A stretch of 64,000 nucleotides of DNA from Octopus sinensis (GCF_006345805.1 NC_043009.1:27838001-27902000), one strand, 5' to 3'; positions 1-13,197 are shown, numbered from the stretch's first letter. Numbers and translations: made by a program. Notes: a model not told the origin generated them from the sequence alone.

Positions 1-322
1 TCTTCTACTATAGTCTCAGGCCAACCAAAGCCTTGTGAGTGGATTTGGTAGATGGAAACTGAAAGAAGTCCGTCGTATATATGTATATGTAAATATGTGT
101 GTGAGTGTTTGTGTATCTGTGTTTGCCACCCGCAACATCGCTTGACAACCAATGCTGGTGTGTTTACGTCCCCGTAGCTTAGTGGTTCAGCAAAAGAGAC
201 CAATAGAATAAGTACGAGGCTTACAAATAATAAGTCCTGGGTTCAATTTGGTCGACTAAAGGTGGTGCTCCAGCATGGCCACAGTCAAATGACTGAAGCA
301 AATAAAAGAGTAAAGAGTAAAG
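1..322 (+). mobile_element. SINE family A copy (5' end cut by window edge)
   Basis: Family motifs ccttgtgagtggatttggtagatggaaactgaaagaag, internal (TA)(TG) tract, ggtgctccagcatggccacagtcaaatgactgaa and (taaaagag)n tail, shared with >10 copies in the window. Confidence 0.9.
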
Positions 323-999
323 AGAGAGAGTGTATGTTGATGGTTGCACAGCTTCTTTTATTATATTAGTATATTGTGAATGTGTGTGTGTCTGTGTCAG
401 TATGAGTGTGTGTGTGTGTGTGTGTGTGTGTGGTGCGTGTGGGTGCATGCGTGTGAGAATTAGATTAAAAAAAGACTAAAGGAGTATGGGAAAGATTATT
501 TGCCCTCTAGGTTTTATAGTTCAGCTCACTTTGTATATCTATCTGTCTATTTATCTATTTATCTATCTATATGTATATATGTATACGTGTATGTGCATGC
601 ATGTGTGTGTATCTATATATATCTATATACACATACATAGGCATATAAATATATTTGCATGCATACAAACACACATACATATAAGCACACGTATTCAAAC
701 ATCGTTTTCTTCGACTAATAAGACTTTAGCTAATTAATCTCTTTACAATAATTTCATATAAAGAAATTTACCCTGTAAACCACATTAATCAATATACAAT
801 AATAACAAAATAACGACAACGATGACATCAACAACAGCAAAAACAAGAACATTAACAACAATAAAATATGTAATAAAATAATATAATAATCACAAAATAA
901 TGAAATATAATGTATAATATATATTTCAGACTATTTTTAAAAACAGAACAGAGTAATTTTTTTCCTTAATTTGATTATATACACAAACTGCTCTCGAGT

Positions 1000-1033
1000 A
1001 TATATCTATCTATCTGCCTATCTATCTATCTAA

Positions 1034-1065
<32 letters not shown>

Positions 1066-1066
1066 A

Positions 1067-1104
<38 letters not shown>

Positions 1105-1211
1105 CCTATTTACCTATCTATCTATCTATCTATATAGCTATCTATCTATCTATCCACCTATCTATCTGTCTATCTATCTACCTCTCTGTCTGTCTATCTA
1201 TCTATCTATTT
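1000..1211. repeat. (TATC)n microsatellite
   Basis: Direct reading. Confidence 0.95.
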
Positions 1212-1592
1212 ATTCTTTTACTTGTTTCAGTCAGTTGACTGGGACACCACCTATTATCGACCTCAGGACTTATTCTTTGTGAGCCTAGCACTTATTCTAT
1301 CAGTCTCTATTTGCCGTACCACTAAGTTATGGGGACGTAAACACACTAGCATCGGATGTCAAGTGATGTTGAGGGGACAAACACAGACACACAAACACAC
1401 ATGCACACACGCATATAAATATACATATATACGATGGGCTTCTTTAAGTTTCCGTCTACTAAATTCACTCACAAGGCTTTGGTCAGCCCAAGGATATACA
1501 GAAGATACTTGCCCAAGGTGCCACGCAGTGGGACTGAATCCAGAACCATGTGGTTGGTAAGCAAGCTACTTACCACACAGCTACTCCTGCAC
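1212..1592 (-). mobile_element. SINE family A, full length (tRNA-derived head)
   Basis: Minus strand ggagtagctgtgtggtaagtagcttgcttaccaaccacatggttctggattcagtcccactgcgtggcaccttgggcaag (A-box/B-box-like), then family body and tail. Confidence 0.9.
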
Positions 1593-1615
1593 CTATATAT
1601 TTATTCACATTGATA

Positions 1616-1646
<31 letters not shown>

Positions 1647-1949
1647 CTATATATATACACGCACACAAGCACACGCATACACACACAAACACACACACAC
1701 CATTCTCTCGAATATAATGGCTACTTAGGAATAGAGAGTTAATTTTACAAGTGTTTATTGCTATAATTTTAGTTTTTATTTAAACAATGGTTGAGATATT
1801 TTCAAGAGTAGAAAGAATTTTCACAAGTCTTGGAGAAGTTATAAATGGGTGAAAATTTAATAAATTAATTTTTGCCAAATATACAATAATGAAGTAAGTA
1901 TTCTTGAAAATTAAATTTCTTGTCAATAAAAACGCATATTCTTCTATTT

Positions 1950-2592
1950 ATATGTGTGCCTGAGTGGGTGTTTGTTTCTGTGTGTGTTTGTCTGTATTTG
2001 TGTGTATGTGTGTGTGTATGTGTGGGTGTGTATGTGTGTGTGTGCGTGCATGTATGCTGTGTGTGTGTGTGAGCATTTTCTAAATTTGCTTTTATGTTGC
2101 AATTTTTCCGCAACATCATTGCTTTGTGCGTGTGTGCGTGCACTTATTTGTTTGTGTGTGAGTATGTATTTCTGTATCTGTGTGTATATGTGTGTGCATG
2201 TTTGTATGTGTGAGTGTGTGTTTGTATGTGTGTATGTGTTTAAGTTGCAATTTGTCAGCGATGGCGTAGCTTTGTGCATGTGTGTGTGTGTATCTGCACA
2301 GATTTGTTTGGTATACGTATGGGTGTGTATTTGTGTATCTGTGTGTGTGTGTGCATGTGTGCACACGCACTTGCCACCACTGCTTCATTGCATTTGTCAA
2401 TAAAGCAATAAAGAAACACCCATAACATGAGAGACTTCGTTTGAAGAACACCAATTTTCACCAGTCTTTACACCCTAAGTCAATATACTGTGGTAGACCC
2501 AAATACAGGCAACCATATATATATAGACACATACATAAACACAGAGATACATACATATACATATAATCATGCAGGCATTCATACACAAACAC

Positions 2593-2627
<35 letters not shown>

Positions 2628-2637
2628 CACACACAAG

Positions 2638-2687
<50 letters not shown>

Positions 2688-2760
2688 CATATGCATACAT
2701 ATACAACCGTAAATGCCTACATGCATACATACATGTATGTATGGACATACATGTGAGCAT
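1950..2760. repeat. Compound (TG)n then (CA)n low-complexity tracts
   Basis: Direct reading; source of several spurious ORFs. Confidence 0.95.
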
Positions 2761-2793
2761 ACACAGATAAATATAAATATGTATATTTTTTGT

Positions 2794-2916
2794 AACTTTT
2801 ACAAAGAAGGGGTTGGCAGTGTCTTCAAAGTTTTGGGTTGCACATTTTCAGTAGATTGAAGAAGGCAAACAAACCAAAACTTTGAAGTCACTATCAACCT
2901 TTCCCTTGTAAAAGTT
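2794..2916. repeat. Imperfect inverted repeat, 47-bp arms, 29-bp spacer (decayed MITE-like)
   Basis: 2794-2840 matches the reverse complement of 2870-2916 at 39/47 positions (hand alignment). Confidence 0.8.
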
Positions 2917-3344
2917 AATACACATCTATTATACTAGAAAGTACCAAACAATCCTTCAGCTTAAAAGTAAATTGGTTACATAAATAACTTGGAATAAAAA
3001 CAAACATTATGGCTTATAAAGGCAAAGTATGTAGCAGATAATACAAGTGGTAAATTTACTGTTTCTCTGAAGAATGTAAAAAATGACGACCTGTCTTCAT
3101 CAATTTTTTGTACCTTATTGGGTTCTCATCTGAGGTGTTTACATCAATTCCACCAATCCCAGAGAAACATATTTTGTAACCACTATTATCCAGGAAACCT
3201 GCAAGATGTGTTTTTACCTCGTGATTCTCTGAACAAAATAAGTCCTTCGTTAGATCGTACTTTCATTTCACTCTGTAGGAGAATGAATATCCAAAACGTG
3301 TACTATTTTCAGCAATTTATAGACAAAACTGAGATGTATCATAA

Positions 3345-3508
3345 TCATCATCATCGTCATCATCGTCGTAGTTATCATCATCATCATCATCATCATCCTT
3401 TAACATCCGCTTTCCATGCTTTCATGGATTGGATGGTTTGACTGAAAACTGGTAAGCTGAGGAGCTACATCAGGTTCCGATCTGATCTGGCATGGCTTCT
3501 ACGGCTAG

Positions 3509-3510
<2 letters not shown>
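3345..3510 (-). mobile_element. Repeat family D 3' end, (GAT)n tail
   Basis: (cat)n-cctttaacatccgctttccatgct...ctacggctagatg, the reverse of the family D end at 35800-35935. Confidence 0.8.
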
Positions 3511-3546
<36 letters not shown>

Positions 3547-3948
3547 ATGTGTGTGAGTATATACATACATACATACATACATACATACACATATAAGTAC
3601 ATAATATACACACACATACTTATTACAATGTGTTTCTGAACCGTTTCTTTCTATCAAATTTTACTCACAAGGTATTGGTCAACCTATACTATAAGACTGA
3701 ACAGGAGATTCTGATATATTCAGCCACTTATAGAACCCATATTTTCATAGACATCTTTATCGTCATCATGGCTTGTTGGCATTCGTGCAGAACATTACAT
3801 TCTCTACAGAAATCTTTAACCAATATTTTTGACCATACAGTTTTATACTTTTATATTCAAACCAATTGGTGAGTCTCCACATGACTGCTCAGCCTTCTAA
3901 AAATAACAGTTACATGTCCCTCCAACTTCTTAATCATTATGAACATAG

Positions 3949-4354
3949 GTGTAGGAGTGGCTGTGTGGTAAGTAGCTTGCTTACGCACCCCATAGTTCTG
4001 GGTTCAGTCCCATTGCGTAGCACCTTGGGCAAGTGTCTTCTACTATAGTCTCGAGCTGACCAAAGCCTTGTGAGTGGATTTGGTTGATAGAAACCGAAAG
4101 AAGCCCATCGCATATATGTATATATATATATATGTATGTGTGTGTATATGTTTGTCCCCCCAACATTGCTTGACATCCGATGCTGGTGTGCTTACATCCT
4201 TGTAATTTAGCAGTTCAGCAAAAGAGACCAATAGAATAAGTACTAGGCTTACAAAGAATAAGTCCTGGGGTCGATTTGTTCAACTAAAGGCAGTGCTCTA
4301 TCATGGCCACAGTCATATGACTGAAACAAGTAAAAGAGTAAAAGAATAAAAGAG
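3949..4354 (+). mobile_element. SINE family A, full length
   Basis: ggagtggctgtgtggtaagtagcttgc...gggttcagtccc head, internal microsatellite, (taaaagag) tail. Confidence 0.92.
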
Positions 4355-4612
4355 TATGTGTTTATCGCTAAATTTGATGAGATGTAGATTTGTACACACA
4401 AGCACACCCACATACACACATACATTATCTCTCTATGTATGCATACATGCATACATTCATACAAGTATACATACATAAACATCTATGTATGTATATATGT
4501 TCGTATGTAAAGTTTGAAAATCGATTAAGGTAGTTCATCATTTTTTCAGTCTGCAGAGAAATGGTTAAGATTTGCCTTGTTTATAATTATACCATATGTT
4601 ACAAACATACAC

Positions 4613-4662
<50 letters not shown>

Positions 4663-5644
4663 GTATATATATACACACACACACATATATATATATATTT
4701 ATAGTGATAAAATATTCTTGCTAGTGCATGGAATAGTATATTAATAGCAATAAAACGAAAAGTTATGTTTTTCTTTTTATTAAATACATATACATACATA
4801 AATATATGTACGCACATAGACACACACACACATACATACGTTGAAAAAGTATTCAAATTGTCTGCTAAAACTTTTATAATAAAATGGTATCGAATGCCTT
4901 CTCCTGCATCCGCAACATCTAAATTTATTGCCTGTGAATTCTTCGGTGATTCACGATATTAATCACACTTACCATTTATAACCTACGTACTCATATATTC
5001 CAGAAAGATTCCACTCCATTCTCCACCCCCACCACTGCCACATAGACTATGAAAATATGAAGCAATTGTCCCAGCCTTTACTCACAGAAATAACAAATAA
5101 AGAAGCCGAATACGGAATGTGTTCAAACATTTGCTGCCGTAATATTGCAGTTCTGTATAAATGAATATTCCATGATAATAATTCAATGTTCCGATGTACA
5201 TGGAATTGGCATGAAATTCTAATAAGATATATTTTTTTGTTTTTGAGGATGGACATTTAGTTTTTTATGGGACAAATTTATGAAAATTTTTTTTTGTTTT
5301 TTCTTCATGGTGATGACAATGTCTCCCCTCGAAGCATTGCGACAAATAAGGGGGGAAAAAACCTTCAGAAATAAGAGAAAGGAATTAAAAATGCCAAAAG
5401 TTTTATTCATGAAAAAATATGTCCAATTTCTATTGATAAATTTTCCCTCAAAAATTAATATCTTCCACGTATGATTAATTCATATGATTATTAAGAAATG
5501 GAGAAAAAAAAGAAAGAAAAATCAAGAACACTGTTATTGAATATTCATTACTATCAAGAGAGTTCAGAGCTCAATTTTTGTTTATATTAACACAGTTAAG
5601 TGAAATACTATAACTACAAATACTTGATTGGAGAAAAAAAATAA

Positions 5645-6585
5645 TACATAAGTTATTCCTGGACAACCTGCTAAGAAGAAGTGTTTTGAAAACTGCACTA
5701 GAAGGAAGACGAAATGGAAATTAAAATTTGTGCCTGAATTTTTCACACACCTTCAATTTGCAGAAAGCATAGTTTTCATTAGTGGAGATCTTATGGAACT
5801 TAAGACTATTTTAGAAGCACTTCATACAGAAAGCAAAGCTGTAGGACTAAGAATGAATGTGAAAAAATTCAAAAATAAAAAGAGAATATTCAACAAATTG
5901 ATAAATGAATTTCCTGATATTAAAACTGTGGAAATATTTCTTGGAATAAAAACAGAGTTAGACCTAACTTGGCAAAATTGTAACAACAAAGCCAAGTAAA
6001 AGAAATTGAAGTAATCCAAAAGGGTAAATTAATTGGGCTGGGACCCATCAAGTAAAGAAGTCCAGATTTTGAAAGTGAAAAGTCTCTAGGCCTTAAATGA
6101 TAAGTTCATGACCAATGTATCACCCTGTCAAATATTTTATTGTGCAGGGATGTGGAAACTGAGCAAAAATGTGACTGCTACAAGAAATCTAGGAACAGTC
6201 GGACATCTTCATGATGTTACAGTCAGAATAATGCAGAAACTTAGTAAAATTTACAAAACAACAAAATGGTTTTTAAAATATTCACAAAGAAAAAACAACA
6301 AACTAAATGACATTGTCAAGTTCATAAAAAAATCATTGAAATGGAATTGGGCTGCACAGAACCAGAGGAGGAGAGATAAAAGATAGAAGGGGAAGCTGAC
6401 AGACTAACTCTCAAGAGACCGCAAAAGAAACATTAGATGACAATGAGCGGTAAGAGGGAAGAATTGAATAGATTTGACAATGATTTGAGTTTGGGGAGCA
6501 CAAAACTGAAAGCTATGGAAAATAAAAAGAGAAATGTCTTTTACCCAAGAATAGGAGATTAATGACTCATCTGATTGACTGAAAA
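5645..6585 (+). mobile_element. Degraded RTE-clade LINE ORF2 fragment (RT domain and C-terminus)
   Basis: Frameshifted translation HLQFAESIVFISGDLMELKTILEALHTESKAVGLRMNVKK resembles RT motif LxFADDIVL...GLxMNxxK; downstream KKSLKWNWAAQNQRRRDKR resembles the RTE KWxWAGHxxRRxDxRW motif. Confidence 0.85.
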
Positions 6586-6914
6586 TATTCCTTCACTGAA
6601 AATAATAATCGTTGAAGAACTTCTTGCTTCAGTGTTCTACTTATATTAGTCATGTAATGAAACACAGATTGGCCTCGGTGCTACTACAATGCACAGCTAA
6701 GAGAAATTCCAGATAATCAACCATGTGTTTTACATGGCAATATATACGTAAAGGTAATGAATCTGTTAGTCATTTTGGTGTGTGTGTGATTGATGCAAGT
6801 CTTCAAGAAATCCATTGATTTGTTTGGAATTATTTTTAGAGTTGGGTTGTGATGATGTAACAAAACTGTGCTTTTAGAGACTAATGATATTCATGATGAC
6901 AATGACCAGAGAGG

Positions 6915-6945
<31 letters not shown>

Positions 6946-7137
6946 GAGGGAGAGAGAGAGAAGGTGATGATAGTTCTATCTGCAGAGTGTTACATTTAAC
7001 AGAAGATATCAACATATATTTGATTCTCTTTCCAAGAACAAACATAATATCGCCATATATAGATGTATATATATATATATATATATTAATAAACACCTTC
7101 AGAATCATTGCACATATTTACACACACACACACATAT

Positions 7138-7296
7138 GTGCAGGCATGACTGTGTGGCTGAGAAGCTTGCTTCCCAGCCACATGGCTTTGGGTTCAGTTC
7201 CACTGTGTGGCAACTTTGGCAAGTATCTTCTACTATAGCTCCAGGCCAACCAATGCTTTGTGAGTAGATTAGGTAGACAGAAACTAAAAGAAGCCT

Positions 7297-7335
<39 letters not shown>

Positions 7336-7490
7336 GTATGTGTGTGTGTTTGTATTTGTTCCCCCACCACTGCATGACAACCGGTGTTGGTTTATTAATG
7401 TCTCCCTAACTTAGCAGTTCAGCAAAAAAAAGCCAACAGAGTAAATCATGATGGGTGCTCCATTATGGCTGCTATCCAATGACTGAAACA
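7138..7490 (+). mobile_element. SINE family A copy
   Basis: Head gcatgactgtgtggctgagaagcttgc...gggttcagttccac, internal (TA)(TG), degraded tail. Confidence 0.85.
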
Positions 7491-8779
7491 TATGCTTATA
7501 TGCATCTACATGTGTGAATGGAGAAAGGGTTGATTTAGCTTATTATTTTTTAAATATGTGGATATCAAGTTTTTCCATGAAAACATACATGGCTGCAAAG
7601 TAAAGCTGTTCACTTCACAACCATAACAGTTTAGGTTCAATCCTGCTGCTAGGCACCTTGGATAAATGTATTCTATCATGGTTCTGAGTTGACCCATAGG
7701 TAGGGCATGATATTTGCTTGATGAGAAATATGTAGAAGCCTCTTTCAGATATGTGTGTGAATGTGTGTGTGAGAAAGTGTGTGTGTGTGTGTGTGTGTAC
7801 TTGTATAAATCAGAGTAAACTTTTTGAGGTATATACTTCCTAGAGGGAGGTCACTCTTTAAAAACAGATGTACCTCAGAATAGAAAACAACCGTTCGATA
7901 GAAATTGATTTAAAAAACTGTGCACTGGATTTAGTAAAGGGAGCGAATTATATTATAAAAATATGCCTTGAAGGTGGTGCTCCAGCATGGCTGCAATCTA
8001 TTGACAAAAACAGTTATAAAAAAGATATATCAAAAAGTATATATCTCCATTCTATTGAATATATATATATACACACACATCTATGTTTCTATAAATCAGA
8101 TTCTATAGAGCTGTACATACCAACAATCTTTAGTACCATATGTAGGCTTTTTACAAGAATTATAACCATGCACGCACACACACATACACACACACACACA
8201 TATATATATATATAAAGAGAAAGAAAGAGCGAGGGAGGGAGAGAGGGAGATCTGTGTGTGTGTGTGTGTGTGTGTGTATGCATGCATGTGTGTATAAATG
8301 GATGAGTAAATTCCAGCACCTATAGACAAGGGAGTATAAAATTTATTTGGTTCAAATTTGAAATTATTCATGAAGTTATGTATGTATACATACATACATA
8401 CACACATACACAACACAACTATAAACTTTTTATTATATATATTAAATAAGTGTATATAAGTGTATATATATATATATATATTTTTTATATATGTACACAC
8501 TTACATATCACAGGAATGTGTGATATATTCTATACATGTATGTATAATGAGGGCATCTTGTAATTTTACACACATCGTGTAGTTTGCATTTCAGGTATTC
8601 TTCTTACAATATACACTCATTTATTATTTATTAAGGTGTTCTCAGAAGTACATGTATGTTTGTATATAGAAGTGTGTGTTTTCTAGGATATGTATGTATA
8701 TGTGTGTTTGAGCACATGTGTGTGTGCATACATCTGTGTGTGTGTCTGCATACATTAGTTCATATCTGTGCATGAATAA

Positions 8780-8815
<36 letters not shown>

Positions 8816-9034
8816 TTGCATATGTATTTGTGCATGTGAGTGTTTGTGTGTGTGAATATATAAGTAAATGTGTGTGTTTGATTGTTATATATGTTTGTGT
8901 GTGCCTTATCATATGTATGTGCATGAGCATACTTGAATATGTATGTGTGTTTAAGCCGTATGCATATTTAAACAGACAAAAGTACGAAATAAAAACAAAA
9001 TGAAAGATAATACTAGCAATAATAATAACAATGT

Positions 9035-9035
<1 letters not shown>

Positions 9036-9065
<30 letters not shown>

Positions 9066-9320
9066 AAGAAGAAGAAGAAGAAGAAGAAGAAGAAGAAGGA
9101 GGAGGAGGAGGAGGAGAAGAAGAAGAAGAAGAAGAAGAAGAAGAAGAAGAAGAAGAAGAAAGAAGAAGAAGAAGAAGAAGAAGAAATGAAAACAAGGCTG
9201 AACATAGAAACAAATTCTAAATTTGGAGAAGGAACATTTAAATTCCATAAATTATAATTAGAATTCATAAGATATGAATTAATTGCTTAAATAATAATAA
9301 TAATAATCATGAAAATAATG

Positions 9321-9384
<64 letters not shown>

Positions 9385-9400
9385 TAATAAAAAAAAAAAA
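9036..9400. repeat. (AAG)n/(GAG)n and (TAA)n microsatellites
   Basis: Direct reading. Confidence 0.95.
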
Positions 9401-9407
9401 ATAATGA

Positions 9408-9592
9408 TAATAATGGTTTCAAATTTTGGCACAATGCTAGCAAGTTCGGGTGGAAAAGGCCAATTACTTTGACCCCAGTACTTGACAAAGAATGAATGAC
9501 AGAGCTGACCTCGGCGGAATTTGAACTCACATCGTAAAGATGGACAAAATTCCATTAAACATACTAACAATTCTGCTAGCTCATTGCCGTAA
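9408..9592 (-). mobile_element. SINE family B copy
   Basis: Reverse of tgagttcaaattccgccgaggtc...tactggggtc...ttgtgccaaaatttgaaacc, flanked by (TAA)n on both sides. Confidence 0.85.
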
Positions 9593-9596
9593 TAAC

Positions 9597-9631
<35 letters not shown>

Positions 9632-10021
9632 CCATCATCATTGTCCTCATCATTGTCATCTATCTTCTATATTTCATGATGAGATTACAAGATTTATCCA
9701 CTGAATGTTGGAGAATACTACACAGTAAAATACCAACAACAATAACAACAAAAAACGAAGATATTTATTAAAAATAGATGCATTTGATGTAGTATGATGT
9801 CTATGTTGGTACTGTACGAGTCTTGCTGCTTGCTGGTCGACACGTTTTGGTAGTACCATGGAGAGAATGTCTTGAGAAACAGCGAAACAATCAATCATGC
9901 TAAAATTATAGATATTGTCGAAGAAATATGATTACTGCTGAGGGCCATAGTTGTGATGCAGATGTTGTTGTTGTTGTAGTAGTAGTAGTAGTAGTAGTTG
10001 TTGTTGTTGTTGGTGTTGTTG

Positions 10022-10330
10022 TTAAGGAATCGAATAGTAATGCTGGTGAGTACAAAAGCAGAGTGTGTTAGGTGATTGCGGTCTGCGATTATGTAGGTGG
10101 GTAAGAAAACCATTTATTCTTCTGTGAACAGAATGATTTGAAGGACTCTTGAGAGGGGAACATATTGCAGTAATAGTTGTAACTGCTGTTGTTGTTGGTG
10201 GTCGTGTTCTTGTTGTTGCCGCTGTTGTTGTTGTTATTGTTGCTGTTGTTGTTGTTGTTGTTAAGCTCCAGGTTAGTTCTGAATGATGAGATTGACGAAC
10301 AAAGGAATTCCACTGTTGTCTATCCAGCCT
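10022..10330 (-). CDS. Possible terminal coding exon, Thr-rich, unknown product
   Basis: Acceptor-like catccttaaag then open frame RLDRQQWNSFVRQSHHSELTWSL(T-rich)ICSPLKSPSNHSVHRRINGFLTHLHNRRPQSP...IP-stop. Part of the frame is an (ACA)n repeat; no domain recognised. Confidence 0.2.
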   Translation of the reverse strand, partial: RLDRQQWNSFVRQSHHSELTWSLTTTTTTATITTTTAATTRTRPPTTTAVTTITAICSPLKSPSNHSVHRRINGFLTHLHNRRPQSPNTLCFCTHQHYYSIP

Positions 10331-11179
10331 CTTTAAGGATGTATAAAACAACATTCTATAACTTATATACTCTTTCCTTTTTTGGAGTATATAGAATATT
10401 CGAATGTATTTTATGCATTCTATACACTCTTTTATTTTTTGTTGGTGTATATAGAACAACGTTATATATCTTCTTCTTTAAGATGATGGTGTGTTATTTG
10501 AGGGAGAGTTGGCTGCTTTTTCTAGCAGGTTGAGCATACATGCTGAGGCTCCATTGCTGGCTTTTGAAGATGGTGGAGGATGGCGATGAGGGTGCTAGTG
10601 ATGGTGGTGGTGGTGGTGGTGGTGGTGGTGGTGGTGTTGATGGTGTTAGTTAACAATAGTAGATTGGGCATGACAAAATTAACAGCTTACTGGGATTAGA
10701 AATAGATATAGATACAACAACATCAACTACAACAACAACTACAGAAGCAAAAAACAAAATAACAACAGCAGAATTAAAAAATAAAAATGGATTAAATTAA
10801 TTGAGGGAATAAAACTGTTATTTCTTGTTGGCCAAGCAATTAGTTAAACATGGCTTTGTTCACTCAAACATATTGCAGTTGTTATTGTTGTTGTTGTTGT
10901 TGTTGCTGTTGATAAAGGCTGAAGAAATATTTAAGGGCTCAAATTTGTAAGGCAGAGATTCAGTTCTTACACAATTCCAATGTTATTTTTATGGATTTCC
11001 TCCCAAAAAGAATGAATTGTGAAGTTCCAGTCCAAGAGGATGGGAATAAAAAATGGTGAAGATGTAAAAATAACCATAAAACGATATTCAGCGTGGTGCT
11101 CTGCAGTTTTTGGAATTCCATCACATTTAATTAATATTTTAATCAATTAAAAATTATCAATAAAACCCATAGAATCCCT

Positions 11180-11937
11180 ATGTTAACCCCTTTTCTCATC
11201 CTCTGACCCCTTTTCTCTCACTGTCCTTTCTCCACAGTTTTTCCACTTCCTCAACATCTCTGCTTATCTTTACTCCTCCTCTAGCCTTTACTCATTCTCC
11301 TCTCCCCACAATTCCCACATTTCTCTTTCTTTTGGTGACCCTCCTAGGATTCTTCTCCACCCTAGTCTACTACTCCCTTCCTGTCCTCTTTCCCTTCATA
11401 CCATTCATTCATTCTTACCCTCATAATACAAGATAGTTCGAGAACTCCCAACACAGCCCATCGCATCACCTTTTGATTCTGTCCCTATTTCTCAATAACC
11501 TCTAACATTAATCTCTACCCTTATCCCTGTTCCCTGCCATACTCACTCCACAATTAATACCTAATGCTACTCTACGACCCTGTCACTCTCTCCTCTACTA
11601 CCCCTCATGACTATGAATCTGTATCTCTCATCTTACTGATCTTCCCTTATGAGTTCACCTTGAATCATTGCTCCTTCACTTTTCTGTTTTCCATCAGTTG
11701 TAGGGGTTACTTTAGGCCCCCTAGCCTTGTGAGTTACTAGCTGATTTTTCCAAGTGCTGATGCTATGAAAAAGGTACCCAGTCTACTCTATAAAGTGGAT
11801 GGCATTAGGAAGGGCAACCAGCTATAAAAACTAGACCAAAGTAGTCATTGGAACACGACACAGTCCTGTCTCAGCTAATCCTGACAAACGACCCAGTCTA
11901 TCTCAGCATGGAACATTAATGTTAAATGATGATGATT
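11180..11937 (+). mobile_element. Family D element with long pyrimidine-rich body and (GAT)n tail
   Basis: CT-rich body, then ggcattaggaagggcaaccagc...agcatggaacattaatgttaaatgatgatg. Confidence 0.65.
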
Positions 11938-12904
11938 TAAGCAGTGATGGTCATGTATGGGATTGAAATCACTGATGATCATCACCCCTGAAGTACCACG
12001 AGAAGATATTGAGGCATACTCCATGATAGATGGTGGCACTAAAATTGAGCAGGTCTCCTTTTGTTTTTACACAGTTGTGACATCAGTAAAGGGACTTTGA
12101 AGAGCAAACACTGTCAGGGACCAAATTCTCAACTCCTCTTTCTTCACATTTATCAGATTCTTTAGCAAATGACCCCAGCATTTCAGAAGCATTAGAAATA
12201 TTGTTGACAATGAGGAAATCCAACTGCAGGCTGCAGGCAATGGCATAACATAATTGCTTCCATTGGGGATAGATAAAAATGATTAGACTCTGTAGAGTCT
12301 GCTGCTTTTGTTGTGAGAGTACCAAAGGGAATGATGGAAGTGTTTGTTATAGAAGAGTATGAGGTAATGAGTACCAAGATATATGTAGTAGCTATCAGTT
12401 ATAAAGTATTGTTGTTGTTTAGCTTCAGATGAATGATACCTTTGACCATAAGCACTCCATTCCACCCATGTCCATCACAACATTTCCTATCTACGGAGTA
12501 TCCAGCATCATGTTATTCAAATTGTCTTTGGTAAAGTATAGTTTAAAGGAGATTTGACTGTAATTTCTAGCTGATAGAACAACCATACAGAGGTAAATCT
12601 ATTTGTTTAAACAAAATGAATGAGTTGATTGGTTTAATAGTTATACAATATTGAATTTTTTTTGCTGTTGTTGGTGTTACTGTCTAATTCCATGCCAACT
12701 CTGAAGAAACACATCTATGATCAATTACATTCCACATGCAATTCTTCTTTCTTTTTATAAAGATTCTGACAAGATACCTCTCCCAGATTCATCATACTTC
12801 ATAAACATTTAAAGAGTTAACATAGGATGTGCCTTGGTTTGAGCCGTAATAGTAACCAAAACAAAAACAATAAAATAACTAATACTAAAACAATAACTAA
12901 TACT

Positions 12905-13197
12905 GGTGCTCTCATTTACAATGGGTATTCCGGTTGATCTGATCAACATCAAGTAGCTGAGTACTCCACAGGCATGCATAACCTTAACGTAGCTTTTGGG
13001 GACATTCAGCATGATACAGAATGTGAGTTAGCTGGCCTTTTGAATTACAGGTATGACTCATTTTTGCCAGCTGAGTGGACAGGAACAACGTGAAATAAAG
13101 CATCTTTCTCAAGGACACAATACTCCGCCAGGAATTGAACTCACGACTTTGTGATCATGAACTGAATCTCCTAACCACTAAGCCACATGCTTTCACA
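12905..13197 (-). mobile_element. SINE family C copy (tRNA-derived head)
   Basis: Minus strand gtggcttagtggttagg...gagttcaattcctgg...ccactcagctggcaaaaatgagt. Confidence 0.85.

Noticed and set aside
4835-4960. Minus-strand frame AINLDVADAGEGIRYHFIIKVLADN, faintly fibronectin-III-like
   Set aside because: A stop lies just upstream, there is no polypyrimidine acceptor, and the resemblance is only a few residues.
5086-5218. Minus-strand exon candidate FHANSMYIGTLNYYHGIF... with GTGAGT donor
   Set aside because: Acceptor region is A-rich, the opposite strand is equally open, and no homology was recognised; kept only as a possible partner of the 23439 donor.
11950-12470. Coding-looking unique stretch with fragments like NNISNASEMLG and SILVPPSIMEYAS, hinting at a LINE C-terminus or pseudogene
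   Set aside because: Motif spacing does not fit LINE ORF2 well, and frames are broken on both strands; cannot be classified by eye.
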